NCBI RefSeq assembly: GCF_024502345.1
Contig: NZ_JALDNN010000003.1
Length of the DNA stretch: 64,000 nt
Reading direction: 5' to 3' (one strand)
Source of the DNA: Escherichia coli
GTDB lineage: Bacteria; Pseudomonadota; Gammaproteobacteria; Enterobacterales; Enterobacteriaceae
In this document: in pieces, positions 10,456 to 20,355 of the stretch
How the letters are laid out: each line of letters starts with the position of its first letter
How positions within the stretch are numbered: the stretch's first letter is position 1
Program-made: the position numbers and the translations under genes
The notes under the pieces: model-generated
Databases searched by the model: none
What the model saw: the letters and a program-made list of their open reading frames with translations, nothing else
What the model was told of the DNA's origin: nothing

Positions 10456-12834
10456 GTGATGGAGCACCTAAAAAGAGGCCCTGTCACTATCAGCGGCCCC
10501 GCATTCACTGAAGCACTTGAACGTTACACTCGCCTGCGCAGCCTGGAATTTTCCTGCCTGAATTTCACTGGGCTGCCTGCCATACAGCTCCGCAACCTGG
10601 CACGCTATGCCGGAATGGCATCGGTGAAATATATCAGCAGAATGCCAGAAGAACGGCGGCTGGCTATCCTTACCGCGTTCGTGAAAGCGCAAGAAATCTC
10701 GGCGCTGGACGAGGCCGTTGACGTGCTGGATATGCTGATCCTCAATATTACCAGGGAGGCGAAGAAAACCGGGCAGAAAAAGCGACTTAGGACGCTCAAG
10801 GATCTTGACCGTGCGGCGTTGTTGCTGGCGCGGGCATGTGCACTTTTACTTGATGAAGATACTGGTGATGATTTGCTGCGAAAGACCATATTCAGCAGTG
10901 TACCTGTCGCCAGACTGGCAGAGTCAGTGGAAAAAGTGAATGAACTGGCCCGCCCCCAGGATACAAACTTTCAGGATGAAATGGTGGAGCAGTACGGACG
11001 GGTAAGGCGTTTTTTGCCCGCACTACTGCGCGATCTGCACTTCCGGGCGGCCCCAGACGGTGAACATACCCTCGCGGCCATCCATTACCTGGCAGAGCTA
11101 AACGGCTCGAAAAAACGGATCCTGGACGATGCACCTGAGCATATCATTTCAGGCCCTTGGAAACGCCTGGTGTACGATGCTGAAGGTCGGATACAGCGAG
11201 CGGGTTACTCGTTGTGTCTGCTGGAGCGACTTCAGGATGCGCTACGCCGTCGTGACATCTGGTTGGAAAACAGCGATCGTTGGGGTGATCCGCGCCAAAA
11301 ACTTCTTCAGGGGGAGGAATGGCAGGCGCAGCGGGTTCCAGTGTGCCGGGCATTGGGTCACCCCACCAATGGCAGTAAAGCATCGGTGCAATTGGCAGCA
11401 CGGTTGGATGAAACCTGGAAAACGGTGGCATCACGTTTTGACCGCAATACCGCCGTAGACATCTGCAATGAAGGTAAACATCCTTCGCTGACCATCAGCA
11501 GCCTGGATAAATTGGATGAGCCACCGGCGCTGATACGACTGAGCAGCCGAGTCAGACAATTGCTCCCACCCGTTGACCTGACAGAACTGTTGCTTGAGAT
11601 TGACGCCAGAACGGGTTTCACCCGTGAATTCAGCCATGTCAGCGAGTCAGGTGCCCGCGCGCAGGATCTGCATATAAGCCTGTGTGCGGTGATGCTGGCT
11701 GAGGCCTGCAATATCGGACATGAGCCGCTGATCAAGCACAATATCCCTGCACTGACCCGCCATCGCCTGAGCTGGGTGAAACAGAACTACATCCGAGCAG
11801 AAACGCTGGTCAGCGCCAATGCGCGGCTGGTTGATTTTCAGTCCTCGTTAGCGTTGGCAGGATACTGGGGTGGCGGTGAGGTGGCCTCCGCTGATGGTAT
11901 GCGTTTTGTCACACCAGTGAAAACGGTGAATTCTGGCCCCAACAGAAAATACTTTGGTTCAGGGCGCGGCATTACCTGGTACAACTTTGTCTCTGACCAA
12001 TATTCGGGTTTTCATGGCATAGTGATCCCTGGAACGCTGCGGGATTCCATTTTTGTGCTGGAGGGACTACTTGAGCAACAAACGGGACTAAACCCGGTTG
12101 AAATCATGACGGACACAGCAGGTACCAGTGACATTATCTTTGGCTTGTTCTGGCTACTGGGATACCAATTTTCACCTCGTCTGGCGGATGCTGGTGAGGC
12201 GGTGTTCTGGCGGGCTGACAAAGCAGCGAATTACGGGGCGTTGGACGAACTGGCTCGGGGTTGTGTTGACCTTTCTAAAATCGAAAGCCACTGGGATGAG
12301 ATGATGCGGGTTGCAGGTTCGCTGAAGCTGGGCACAATTCATGCGTCAGAACTCATTCGATCGCTATTGAGAAGTACCCGACCGTCAGGGCTTGCTCAGG
12401 CAATAATGGAGGTCGGAAGAGTTAACAAGACACTGTATCTTCTCAACTATATTGATGATGAGGACTATCGCCGCAGGATCCTAACACAGCTTAACCGGGG
12501 CGAAGGTCGCCATGCCGTGGCAAGAGCCATTTGCTACGGTCAGCGTGGTGAGATCAGAAAACGTTACCGCGAGGGGCAGGAAGATCAGTTGGGTGCGCTG
12601 GGTCTGGTGACAAACGCAGTGGTGCTGTGGAATACGCTTTATATGCAGGAAGCCTTGTCGCACCTGCGTAGCACTGGGGAAGGGCCAGAAGATGAACATA
12701 TCGCGCGGCTTTCGCCTCTGATGCATGGTCATATCAACATGCTGGGACATTATACGTTCACACTACCGGAGGATATTATGAAGGGGGAATTGAGGCCGTT
12801 AAATCTCAATTTAAACAATGAATTACCTCCTTAG
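10456..12834 (+). pseudogene. Tn3-family transposase TnpA, 5'-truncated (about 200 N-terminal codons missing; upstream 90 bp in a different frame)
   Basis: 792-aa translation colinear with C-terminal ~4/5 of Tn3-family TnpA (about 1000 aa); starts at IS26 junction; stop codon lies inside terminal IR. Confidence 0.85.
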
Positions 12835-12867
12835 CGTGGTTTTTTACATCATTGGCCCTCAAACCCC
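12830..12867. repeat. Tn3-family 38-bp terminal inverted repeat
   Basis: Reverse complement reads GGGGTTTGAGGGCCAATGATGTAAAAAACCACGCTAAG (GGGG...ACGCTAAG pattern of Tn3-family IRs), overlapping tnpA stop. Confidence 0.8.
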
Positions 12868-12913
12868 TTATATGCGTTCTTAACGTTTGCTGCCCACTGT
12901 TCAATGCGGAGCA

Positions 12914-13060
12914 TCATTGCATATGTTGCTGCGGCATCAAGATCCAGTTGTTCAGAGTGTTCAGGGAGCAGAATTTTACAATATTCCAGTCATGAGCCAC
13001 AGCTCCGAGCCGTTCATAAAGTGTAGATAGTTGCGTTATGGAATCATCAGTGCGGTTCAT
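12914..13060 (-). CDS. small ORF (48 aa), translationally coupled (ATGA) to upstream 222-aa gene
   Basis: MNRTDDSITQLSTLYERLGAVAHDWNIVKFCS...; start overlaps stop of 13057-13725 gene; ends 47 bp from Tn3 IR; may be remnant of a gene disrupted by the transposon. Confidence 0.25.
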   Translation of the reverse strand: MNRTDDSITQLSTLYERLGAVAHDWNIVKFCSLNTLNNWILMPQQHMQ

Positions 13061-13725
13061 GAATAGCGCCGACTTCCAATAATATATTGAGCAAGTTTGA
13101 TGTTAAGACATACCATGTTGCTTGATAGTTGGCGCATCATACGGGATTCGCTACGAATTAAATAGGATTCAAGTAGTCCAGAATATTCCCCTGACGTTAC
13201 AACCGTCAACTGGGCAATGTGATTATTTAATTTGCTTACCCCTGCCAGGATATCATCCTCCGTCGCCTCGATATAAACGGGGGAGGCAGCGATAACATAA
13301 TCATCGAAAGGTCTTGCTGCCATCAATGTCTCAATAGATTTCGCCGTCCTTTCTTTCCCGAATGTATTTGTTAATTCCCGCCACCATTGTCGGTGACTGA
13401 ACGGTAAATCATGAAAGGTGGCTTCATAAGCGTCCACGAGGTCACGACTATTCAAAAAACCCAACCCGGCCGAGATCACCCACAACTCCAGGTTCTCAGT
13501 TGTCCGTAATATCTCTTTTGCCGTTGACCAGTGATTACCGGCATAGAGCGACAGGGCCGGTACCGGTGAAGCACTTTGCGACCGTTTAATCGTTGCTGCC
13601 CAGCTGGACATTGCCTCTTCTGGTGTCTGTCCAGACCGGATACTCAGTTCTGGCATGGAGCCGCACTGGCTGTGCTTACCTTTGGTACAGGACGTTATTA
13701 GGTGTGTAATTCGCGACGCCGCCAT
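13057..13725 (-). CDS. hypothetical protein (222 aa)
   Basis: ATG at 13725 preceded by GAGGG SD; ORF track extends to TTG at 13743; no family recognised. Confidence 0.55.
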   Translation of the reverse strand: MAASRITHLITSCTKGKHSQCGSMPELSIRSGQTPEEAMSSWAATIKRSQSASPVPALSLYAGNHWSTAKEILRTTENLELWVISAGLGFLNSRDLVDAYEATFHDLPFSHRQWWRELTNTFGKERTAKSIETLMAARPFDDYVIAASPVYIEATEDDILAGVSKLNNHIAQLTVVTSGEYSGLLESYLIRSESRMMRQLSSNMVCLNIKLAQYIIGSRRYS

Positions 13726-13935
13726 TTTGTAGCCCTCAGCCAAATGTGTGTAATCACTGTCTAACTATCGTAACAGCCCCTCATCCGCCATAACGACAAA
13801 GAGGAAGCCCTAAACGTAAACGACTACCCCATTATACATTTAGTCATGCCTTTACTAATAACTAGATACCAAAGTAAACACCCCAGAGGTGACACCGTCA
13901 CGTTTTTCGGCTTTATTTAGTTCATTTTATGTACT

Positions 13936-13963
13936 ATGGGATTTAATTATGGGTAAATCCCAT
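13936..13963. promoter_or_regulatory. perfect 10-bp inverted repeat ATGGGATTTA-N8-TAAATCCCAT in divergent promoter region
   Basis: Read directly; sits in 500-bp AT-rich ORF-free region between divergent genes; CTTTACTAAT also repeated at about 13846 and 14141. Confidence 0.4.
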
Positions 13964-14233
13964 AGATTTACACCTCTACTCAAAAGAGCCTAATAGAAAC
14001 TAAATCCTTATATATCAATAACTTGAATTCGCCATCACGCACCCATAGAGAGCACCCGTCTTTTGTCGGGCCGTAGGGTTGTTGGCCCCATAGTAACTGC
14101 ATGCTAATCTCTTTCATGCTTAGTCACTAGTAAAGGCTTTACTAATTGCGATGCTACGTGAATATTATTGACGGAGGAGGGGGTTGGGGCAGTGAAAATC
14201 TCTCAGCCAAAACAGTGGGAAAAGGATCGTGAA

Positions 14234-15046
14234 ATGAGCATGAATTATCAGCCGGAACTGAAGTTGAGTACCCGCACCGAACAACTCGCCAGTAGTCGTG
14301 ATGCCGCTATGCAAAAATTTCTGGACGGTATTATGCTGATTGCCGAAGCCTCAGCTATTTGCGGGTTTTCACTATTTAACAGCAAAATTATGGCCCCTAA
14401 TGCTTTTGGCCTTCCTGCGTCCCTGGCCGCAAGCATCGAGGAAGGGCGACAGCAAATAGACCGTAAGACATGGAACAATCTTTTTGAAGAAACGGGTATT
14501 GACCGATTCTGGAATCACAACCAGCGAGCGGAGTTCAGTGAGTCTCTCCGGTCCGCTCCGCCAATTGCGTCGTTAACCGTAATCCGTAGCACATTGCGCC
14601 AGGCAGTGGCCATTCGGAGCATCACGCTTGCTCAAGGGTTTGTTGATCTGCTATGCCAGCTTGATCGCCGGTATAAAACTAATGCCCAGCAATTTGTGAT
14701 GCCAAAAAAACTGGTACTACGTGGCATTTTTCCCGACTCGAACATGATGAGATATAACGGCTTTTCTCAGGATAATCTCTTCTATTTGAACGACTTTGAG
14801 AATATCGTTTGCATCTGCTCCAACGCAGCGACACCTCCTGTCGGCAGTGGATTGAATATGTACGACCGGCTTGCTGCCTTAAGGAAAACCGATTTTACTG
14901 GTGACATTACCGACCCGAAGGGCTGGAAGTGCCGATTGTTCGTAAATGGTAATGTCCATATTTCAGTTGAGTGTGAAAGCCTGCATAACACACTGAATGA
15001 CCTGATTAGCATTTATTTTGCCAACCAGATCCCGGCCAAAGGATAA
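14234..15046 (+). CDS. hypothetical protein (about 270 aa)
   Basis: ATG at 14234 with AAGGA SD (ORF track uses TTG at 14168); 2-bp gap to next gene. Confidence 0.55.
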   Translation: MSMNYQPELKLSTRTEQLASSRDAAMQKFLDGIMLIAEASAICGFSLFNSKIMAPNAFGLPASLAASIEEGRQQIDRKTWNNLFEETGIDRFWNHNQRAEFSESLRSAPPIASLTVIRSTLRQAVAIRSITLAQGFVDLLCQLDRRYKTNAQQFVMPKKLVLRGIFPDSNMMRYNGFSQDNLFYLNDFENIVCICSNAATPPVGSGLNMYDRLAALRKTDFTGDITDPKGWKCRLFVNGNVHISVECESLHNTLNDLISIYFANQIPAKG

Positions 15047-15048
15047 GA

Positions 15049-16269
15049 ATGATGACTGACAATGAAAATTTGATGAACGGGGATGAACAGACAGCGTCCA
15101 ATTTAAGTGAAGAGACAACAAAAAAGCGCCCTCTCAGCCCCGAACTACTGAAGAATTCTCCTTATTCATCAATAGCTAAGGTTAAATATTTCACCGAAAT
15201 TGAACAAATCTGCCTCGATAAGGGCATCAGCACCGAAAACCTCGATCAGTTTTTCAAAGCCCACTGGCTGCGGGATAAAATGGGGGGGTCTTTTGCCCGC
15301 GCTCAGGAGATGCTGGCTGCCTACAAGCAATACGTGGACGAGGTGCCCGAGGAAGCGCGTGCGATTGAAATCCCTGACCAGATTAAAGAAGCATTTAGTG
15401 ATTTTACTGCGTTTATCATCTGGTACTTCCGCTTAAGCTATACGGCTATCCAGAGTGATAGCGTGAAAATTGCGAAGGCAGAAATTACTCAGTTAAGACA
15501 TCGGAATGCTGAAATTCTGGAAGAACTGTCACAGTCGAAAGAACAGGTTACAGTACTGAATAACGAAAAAGTTAACCTGATTAACCAGCTGGAACAACAG
15601 CGTGAACTCGCCAGTAAATTGGGGGATTCACTTCGGGAAGCAGAAGAAGCGCTGGCTACAACCCAAAGTGAATTACAGCATGCCCAAAACGAGATTCAGC
15701 TTATACAGCAGACAGTAGGGACACTGAACCAACAACTGAGTGAGCGCAAGCAGGAACTGGCCTCCCAGCAGGAGTACCAGAAGCAACTGAATGATGAGAA
15801 TAAAGAGCAGCAGGTAGAGCTGACAGCCCTCAAAAGCCAGAATGAACACTTACAACGGACCGTATCTGATTTAAAGGTCAGTGTCAGTCAGCTTGAACAG
15901 GACCTTTCCTCAGCACAAACCCATTCCTCTGAATTGAGCTCATCTTTAGCCGAAAAGGACACGGCCCTGACGCTCGTGCGGTCGGAGCTGTCAACAGCTA
16001 AAGGGGAGAATGAACAACTTCGAGCTGAAGCACAACGCTTAGGTGATGAGAGCCTGCTTGCCAAAAAGGTGCAAACAGCTCAGACAGAAGAACTTCGGAA
16101 GCTCCAGAATCAGATGATATCCATGGAAGCGACACTCAATGCGGAAAAGACCATTTCAGAGTCTTTACGAGGAACAATCAAGCAGCTTACCGAAGCTATG
16201 ACCGGCGCAGTTGCCATCAAACCTAAATCCTCTGGGGCATCAAAACCGCGAAACAAAAAGACGACATAA
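15049..16269 (+). CDS. coiled-coil protein with N-terminal globular domain (KfrA-like architecture)
   Basis: 406 aa; residues ~140-380 are heptad-rich Q/E/L/K repeats (LEQQRELASKLGDSLREAEEALATTQSELQHAQNEIQ...). Confidence 0.65.
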   Translation: MMTDNENLMNGDEQTASNLSEETTKKRPLSPELLKNSPYSSIAKVKYFTEIEQICLDKGISTENLDQFFKAHWLRDKMGGSFARAQEMLAAYKQYVDEVPEEARAIEIPDQIKEAFSDFTAFIIWYFRLSYTAIQSDSVKIAKAEITQLRHRNAEILEELSQSKEQVTVLNNEKVNLINQLEQQRELASKLGDSLREAEEALATTQSELQHAQNEIQLIQQTVGTLNQQLSERKQELASQQEYQKQLNDENKEQQVELTALKSQNEHLQRTVSDLKVSVSQLEQDLSSAQTHSSELSSSLAEKDTALTLVRSELSTAKGENEQLRAEAQRLGDESLLAKKVQTAQTEELRKLQNQMISMEATLNAEKTISESLRGTIKQLTEAMTGAVAIKPKSSGASKPRNKKTT

Positions 16270-16323
16270 CTGCTCCCGCCAGGAATTTGCAATAGACTTA
16301 AATTCCTGGCGTCCACAGGCTCT

Positions 16324-16539
16324 TTATCCCGTTCGCAGGAGTTTACGTCCTTCCGACAGCATTAGGCTGATTTTCCCCGAATCACTGATCTCAATAGCAT
16401 CAACCAGGCTAGTGATCCCGCCAACAGCTTGCTGTTGTGAAATAGCTCCCAGTTTGTAGTCATCGAGTACTGCCGCCAAAAACGCCTTCAGTTTAACCTG
16501 CTCACTCATCGAAAGTATGTACGCCATTTTTAGCCCCAT
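16324..16539 (-). CDS. small hypothetical protein (about 71 aa), 4th gene of methyltransferase operon
   Basis: ATG 1 nt after stop of 439-aa gene; MGLKMAYILSMSEQVKLKAFLAAVLDDYKLGAISQQQ... Confidence 0.3.
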   Translation of the reverse strand: MGLKMAYILSMSEQVKLKAFLAAVLDDYKLGAISQQQAVGGITSLVDAIEISDSGKISLMLSEGRKLLRTG

Positions 16540-16540
16540 T

Positions 16541-17860
16541 TTAAGGTTGTGATTCGGGTGAATTGTATCGTCTAGCTTCCGGGAAATGAGGGAGTTCCTG
16601 GTATTCAGTCTTCTCCGTAGCATCCCAGTGCCACCATCCATAGGCCCCATATTCCTGGTTGTAATACGCCTTCTTAAGTTCCTTTCGCGCAAGATAGGCA
16701 GGTGTCGACATCCCGAAAACTTCCATCGGGAACGGCTTATCACTTCGTGTATCCAGTAAATAAAAATCTGGGAAAACATCGCTCACACTGGCGTCATACC
16801 GCATAGGCTTAACATAGTGCCGGTGTTCGGCATCAAGTTTACGGGACACTATCGCTTCGTAGGAGGAGTCCAGAGGTATCCAGTTATCACTCACCAGCAT
16901 AAGCACTATCTGATGAGCTCGTGCAGAGATACCTCTACTGGTCACCGATACGGGAGATGTAAGAGCAAAAACAACAACTTTGCCCCCATTTTTCCAGGCG
17001 GCATATTCCAGAGGGAATCGCCGCTTCACGCTATCCCAGTGCCCGTCTGAGTTAAAGAAGGTAAGGGGCATACCGCCGAAGTTACGCATAGGTAGAAACT
17101 TCAGCGGCTTCTCATGCTTTTCTGCGTCATAGCGCGGCAGTACTGATAGCAGCAGCAGTCGTTTGTCGCTCAGTTCCGCCGACGACAGCAGTTGAACCTG
17201 CTCACTGGCCACTTTGCTTTTAGAGTCCGCCACCCCGATAAAAAGATGGTCGCCAATACATGCTCTACCCGATCTAATCTGCTTTGCGGCTTCCAACATC
17301 CGGTATCGAACCAGCGAATCATTTCGCTTCCCGGCCATATTCGGATACCAGACATTAAGACCGGCTTCAGTCCACAACAGACTCAGAAGTCCGGACAGGG
17401 TCATTGAAGCCTGGCCACCTTCAGGTCGCTGGATTTGGGGCAGGGAAGGAACCTCAGACTTTTCCGGCGGATCTTTCTCCGTCATGCCTATTCCAAGGCG
17501 GATTGACATGGTCCCCTCATTGTTGATGCGTACAACATTGCTGGCATAACCCTTTAACCCTGTATGCCTGGCATCAAGGTCGAAAAACACACACGATGGA
17601 TCATGCTCAGTGCCGGTATTTGCAGCCTTAATCAGGATGAACGTATCACTGTTTGGTAGTGAGCGGACGTAGAGACGCTTTGCGCCTTTTCCCCGACATC
17701 CGCAGCTGATCACAGATTTCTGCCCGGACGTGTGGTGTGCTTTCTTCAGGGCCGACTGCCATCCCTTTACATACTCATCCTGTGTCTGAAATTCAGCCGA
17801 GTATCGTTTCGTGTTTGGTTCGTCATCGTAAGCAATAAAAACTGCAAACTTCTGGCCCAT
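16541..17860 (-). CDS. hypothetical 439-aa protein downstream of C5-methyltransferase; candidate restriction endonuclease or methylation-dependent partner
   Basis: Strong SD AGGAGG before ATG at 17860; co-directional with MTase; no family recognised by eye. Confidence 0.65.
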   Translation of the reverse strand: MGQKFAVFIAYDDEPNTKRYSAEFQTQDEYVKGWQSALKKAHHTSGQKSVISCGCRGKGAKRLYVRSLPNSDTFILIKAANTGTEHDPSCVFFDLDARHTGLKGYASNVVRINNEGTMSIRLGIGMTEKDPPEKSEVPSLPQIQRPEGGQASMTLSGLLSLLWTEAGLNVWYPNMAGKRNDSLVRYRMLEAAKQIRSGRACIGDHLFIGVADSKSKVASEQVQLLSSAELSDKRLLLLSVLPRYDAEKHEKPLKFLPMRNFGGMPLTFFNSDGHWDSVKRRFPLEYAAWKNGGKVVVFALTSPVSVTSRGISARAHQIVLMLVSDNWIPLDSSYEAIVSRKLDAEHRHYVKPMRYDASVSDVFPDFYLLDTRSDKPFPMEVFGMSTPAYLARKELKKAYYNQEYGAYGWWHWDATEKTEYQELPHFPEARRYNSPESQP

Positions 17861-17884
17861 GGGACCTCCTGAAATTTAAAAATA

Positions 17885-18055
17885 CTAATAGCCTAGCCAT
17901 ATCAATACTTCTTGCGCGTTGTACTCTTCCCTCTCACCCAACTCGGAAAAAAATACGTCTATGTCGCTGGCTACGACGCAATGTTTTGCAAGCTCTTGCA
18001 GAGCTCTCTGTTTTGAAATGGTGAGGTCTTCTGCTGAATCAAAATACGTCATCAT
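17885..18055 (-). CDS. small ORF (56 aa) between methyltransferase and 439-aa gene
   Basis: MMTYFDSAEDLTISKQRALQELAKHCVVASDIDVFFSELGEREEYNAQEVLIWLGY; GGAGG SD; below ORF-track length cutoff. Confidence 0.3.
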   Translation of the reverse strand: MMTYFDSAEDLTISKQRALQELAKHCVVASDIDVFFSELGEREEYNAQEVLIWLGY

Positions 18056-18183
18056 TACCTCCTGATGAAGGAGTTGACTGAAGCAGGCCTTTCTCTCCCT
18101 GCCCAGGTTTTTTTCTGTGCAAAAGTTACAATATTAGTGAAATAAACCATTACGTTAACCTGCAAAATCACACAGAAGAATTA

Positions 18184-19611
18184 CTATGATGCCGCTTCAA
18201 ATTCTCCCTTGAGACGAGCCGCAACGGCGATCTCAATACGGCTTCGAAGCAAACTGGCCACGGCCGCAAATACGTCGACGATGACCGAATTGCCGAACTG
18301 GCGATAGGCCTGGGTATCAGAGACTGGAATGCGAAAAGTAACTTTTCCCGGTTGCTCGAATCCCATAAGGCGGGCACATTCTCGCGGGGTTAAACGGCGC
18401 GGGCGCCTTGCCATATTTACAGGATCATTAAAGTCCTTTTCGCCTATGCTGTGATCCCATCCACGGTCTAGCAAAATTTCAGAGCCATCACGATAGTACC
18501 GTGCGCTGAGTGTTCTGCAAACAACTGATTTATCAAGTGGATTTACCAGTCCGAAGCCAAATCCATTACCTTTTGCCTGGTGCTTTTTAGCGTAGTTATA
18601 AAGGTACTCCCAGAGCTTTGGAGAAAGGATGTAACGGCTATCGACCTCAGCGTCCAGCAGCTCCCCAAGGGTTGGCCGTCGTGAAGGATAAAGAGCCGAT
18701 ACACCACTTAACGAAAAGCCATCATGGAGCTTCAGATCGCGCCTGAATCCAACCAACACGATACGTTCCCGGTGCTGAGGCCTGAAGTTCTTACCGTCAA
18801 TTATTTTGGGGTCCTTTGATCCGTGAGCATCGCAGTCGGCAACATCGTAGCCAAGTTCATCAAGCGCTTTCATGATGATGCGGAACGTATTTCCCTTATC
18901 GTGGCTCTTCAGATTTTTTACGTTCTCAAGAACGAAAATGGCAGGCTGTTTGGCTCGGATGATCCGGGCGACATCAAAAAAAAGGGTCCCCTGGGTGTCG
19001 CATTCAAAGCCGTGTTTTCGGCCCAAAGAGTTCTTTTTGCTGACACCGGCAATACTGAACGGCTGGCATGGGAAACCGGCGAGCAAAACATCATGGTCAG
19101 GAATGGATGCAGCGATAGAAGCATACGCCTGGTCTTCCGACACATCGGGAAGATTGCTGAGTGTAATGTCCCGGATATCTGAGTTGAAATGGTGCTCGGT
19201 GTCTTCGCAGTACCAGTTTGCACTGTATGTCCGGCGGGAGAACTGATTCCATTCGCTTGTAAACACGCATTTCCCGCCAATGGCGTCAAAACCACTCCGG
19301 AGGCCACCGATCCCAGCAAACAAGTCAATAAAACGGAAAAATTTCTGGTCATAGTCTGCTGGGCGTGAGGGGAGCAACGATCGAAGATAATGATATTCTT
19401 CCTGGGTTATTCGACATTCATTAACTGAACCTTTGATCTGGCGAATAAGTGATGCCCTCGACCAGTCGCTGCCGGTTGCAGCATTAAGTTGCGCAGCCAA
19501 ATCTTTTACGTCATAGATACTTGCAACCTGAACCAGTAATTTATGGATAGAGGAATGTGTCTCATCATTTAGCAATGCAGTTATTGCAGGCTCATTTCTC
19601 GCGCTGTACAT
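18184..19611 (-). CDS. DNA (cytosine-5)-methyltransferase, Dcm/EcoRII-methylase-like
   Basis: Motifs FAGIGG (AdoMet binding), PCQPFS (catalytic Cys), ENV; colinear with E. coli Dcm over nearly full length. Confidence 0.9.
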   Translation of the reverse strand: MYSARNEPAITALLNDETHSSIHKLLVQVASIYDVKDLAAQLNAATGSDWSRASLIRQIKGSVNECRITQEEYHYLRSLLPSRPADYDQKFFRFIDLFAGIGGLRSGFDAIGGKCVFTSEWNQFSRRTYSANWYCEDTEHHFNSDIRDITLSNLPDVSEDQAYASIAASIPDHDVLLAGFPCQPFSIAGVSKKNSLGRKHGFECDTQGTLFFDVARIIRAKQPAIFVLENVKNLKSHDKGNTFRIIMKALDELGYDVADCDAHGSKDPKIIDGKNFRPQHRERIVLVGFRRDLKLHDGFSLSGVSALYPSRRPTLGELLDAEVDSRYILSPKLWEYLYNYAKKHQAKGNGFGFGLVNPLDKSVVCRTLSARYYRDGSEILLDRGWDHSIGEKDFNDPVNMARRPRRLTPRECARLMGFEQPGKVTFRIPVSDTQAYRQFGNSVIVDVFAAVASLLRSRIEIAVAARLKGEFEAAS

Positions 19612-19833
19612 CCTTACTCCGTGAAATGTGATTAATTTAGGTTCTCAGACTACCACGCGCAGAAAATTCAATTTTTCTTTAAAGCCCTTTATTTTCATCT
19701 CCTGAAATAAATTTTTTATCCACTTAAATTGCCTCCGTTAACGGAAATTTGCCCGGGTTCTAATTGGTACAATAAGCACTTCTAATCACACGACTAATTT
19801 GTTACTACAAACCATCTAATTCAGGGAGAATGT

Positions 19834-20349
19834 ATGACTCTGTTGAAAAAGTTACTTTTGCCGACATTAATTGTCCTTTTCCCGGCGGCAGTTCTGGCTG
19901 GTCAGTCTTCATTTGAAGCAAAAGTGGTAAAAATTATCGATGGGGACACCATTACCGCGCTCGACGGTCAGAATACAAGCATCAAAATCCGTATGTACGG
20001 TATTGATGCCCCCGAAAGTAAGCAGGCCTTTGGACAAAAGGCTAAACAAGCGTTGAGCTCCGCGATTGCTGCACAGAATATTACGGTAATAGACCACGGA
20101 CCTGATATTTACGGCAGGATGTTGGGGACTATTTGGCTTGATGGTTATGACATCAACGCTTCAATGGTAGACAGTGGTTATGCATGGGTATATCGGTTTG
20201 ACGGTAATCCCATCGTCCCAAACTATCTTAAATTCGAAGCTTCAGCTCAGAAAGCCGTTAAAGGTCTCTGGGTAGATCCTAATCCCGTTGCTCCTTGGGA
20301 GTGGCGCCAGCAAAACCAGAAACCTCAAAAGACGAAAAGCAGGGGGTGA
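19834..20349 (+). CDS. secreted thermonuclease-family (staphylococcal nuclease-like) endonuclease
   Basis: N-terminal signal peptide (MTLLKKLLLPTLIVLFPAAVLA); SNase core motifs DGDT...YGIDAPE... Confidence 0.85.
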   Translation: MTLLKKLLLPTLIVLFPAAVLAGQSSFEAKVVKIIDGDTITALDGQNTSIKIRMYGIDAPESKQAFGQKAKQALSSAIAAQNITVIDHGPDIYGRMLGTIWLDGYDINASMVDSGYAWVYRFDGNPIVPNYLKFEASAQKAVKGLWVDPNPVAPWEWRQQNQKPQKTKSRG

Positions 20350-20355
20350 GCGCGA

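Noticed and set aside
18184-19611. Interpreting the MTase as chromosomal dcm with vsr
   Set aside because: No Vsr-like ORF follows; the downstream genes (56-aa, 439-aa, 71-aa) do not resemble Vsr and the region is AT-rich accessory DNA.
19845-19860. Copy of the GAAAAAGTTACTTTTG palindromic motif inside the thermonuclease coding sequence, and GAAAGTAACTTTTC at 55401-55414 inside the PAPS-reductase-like gene
   Set aside because: Both lie within coding sequence (the first encodes LKKLL of a signal peptide); likely coincidental, unlike the intergenic promoter-proximal copies.
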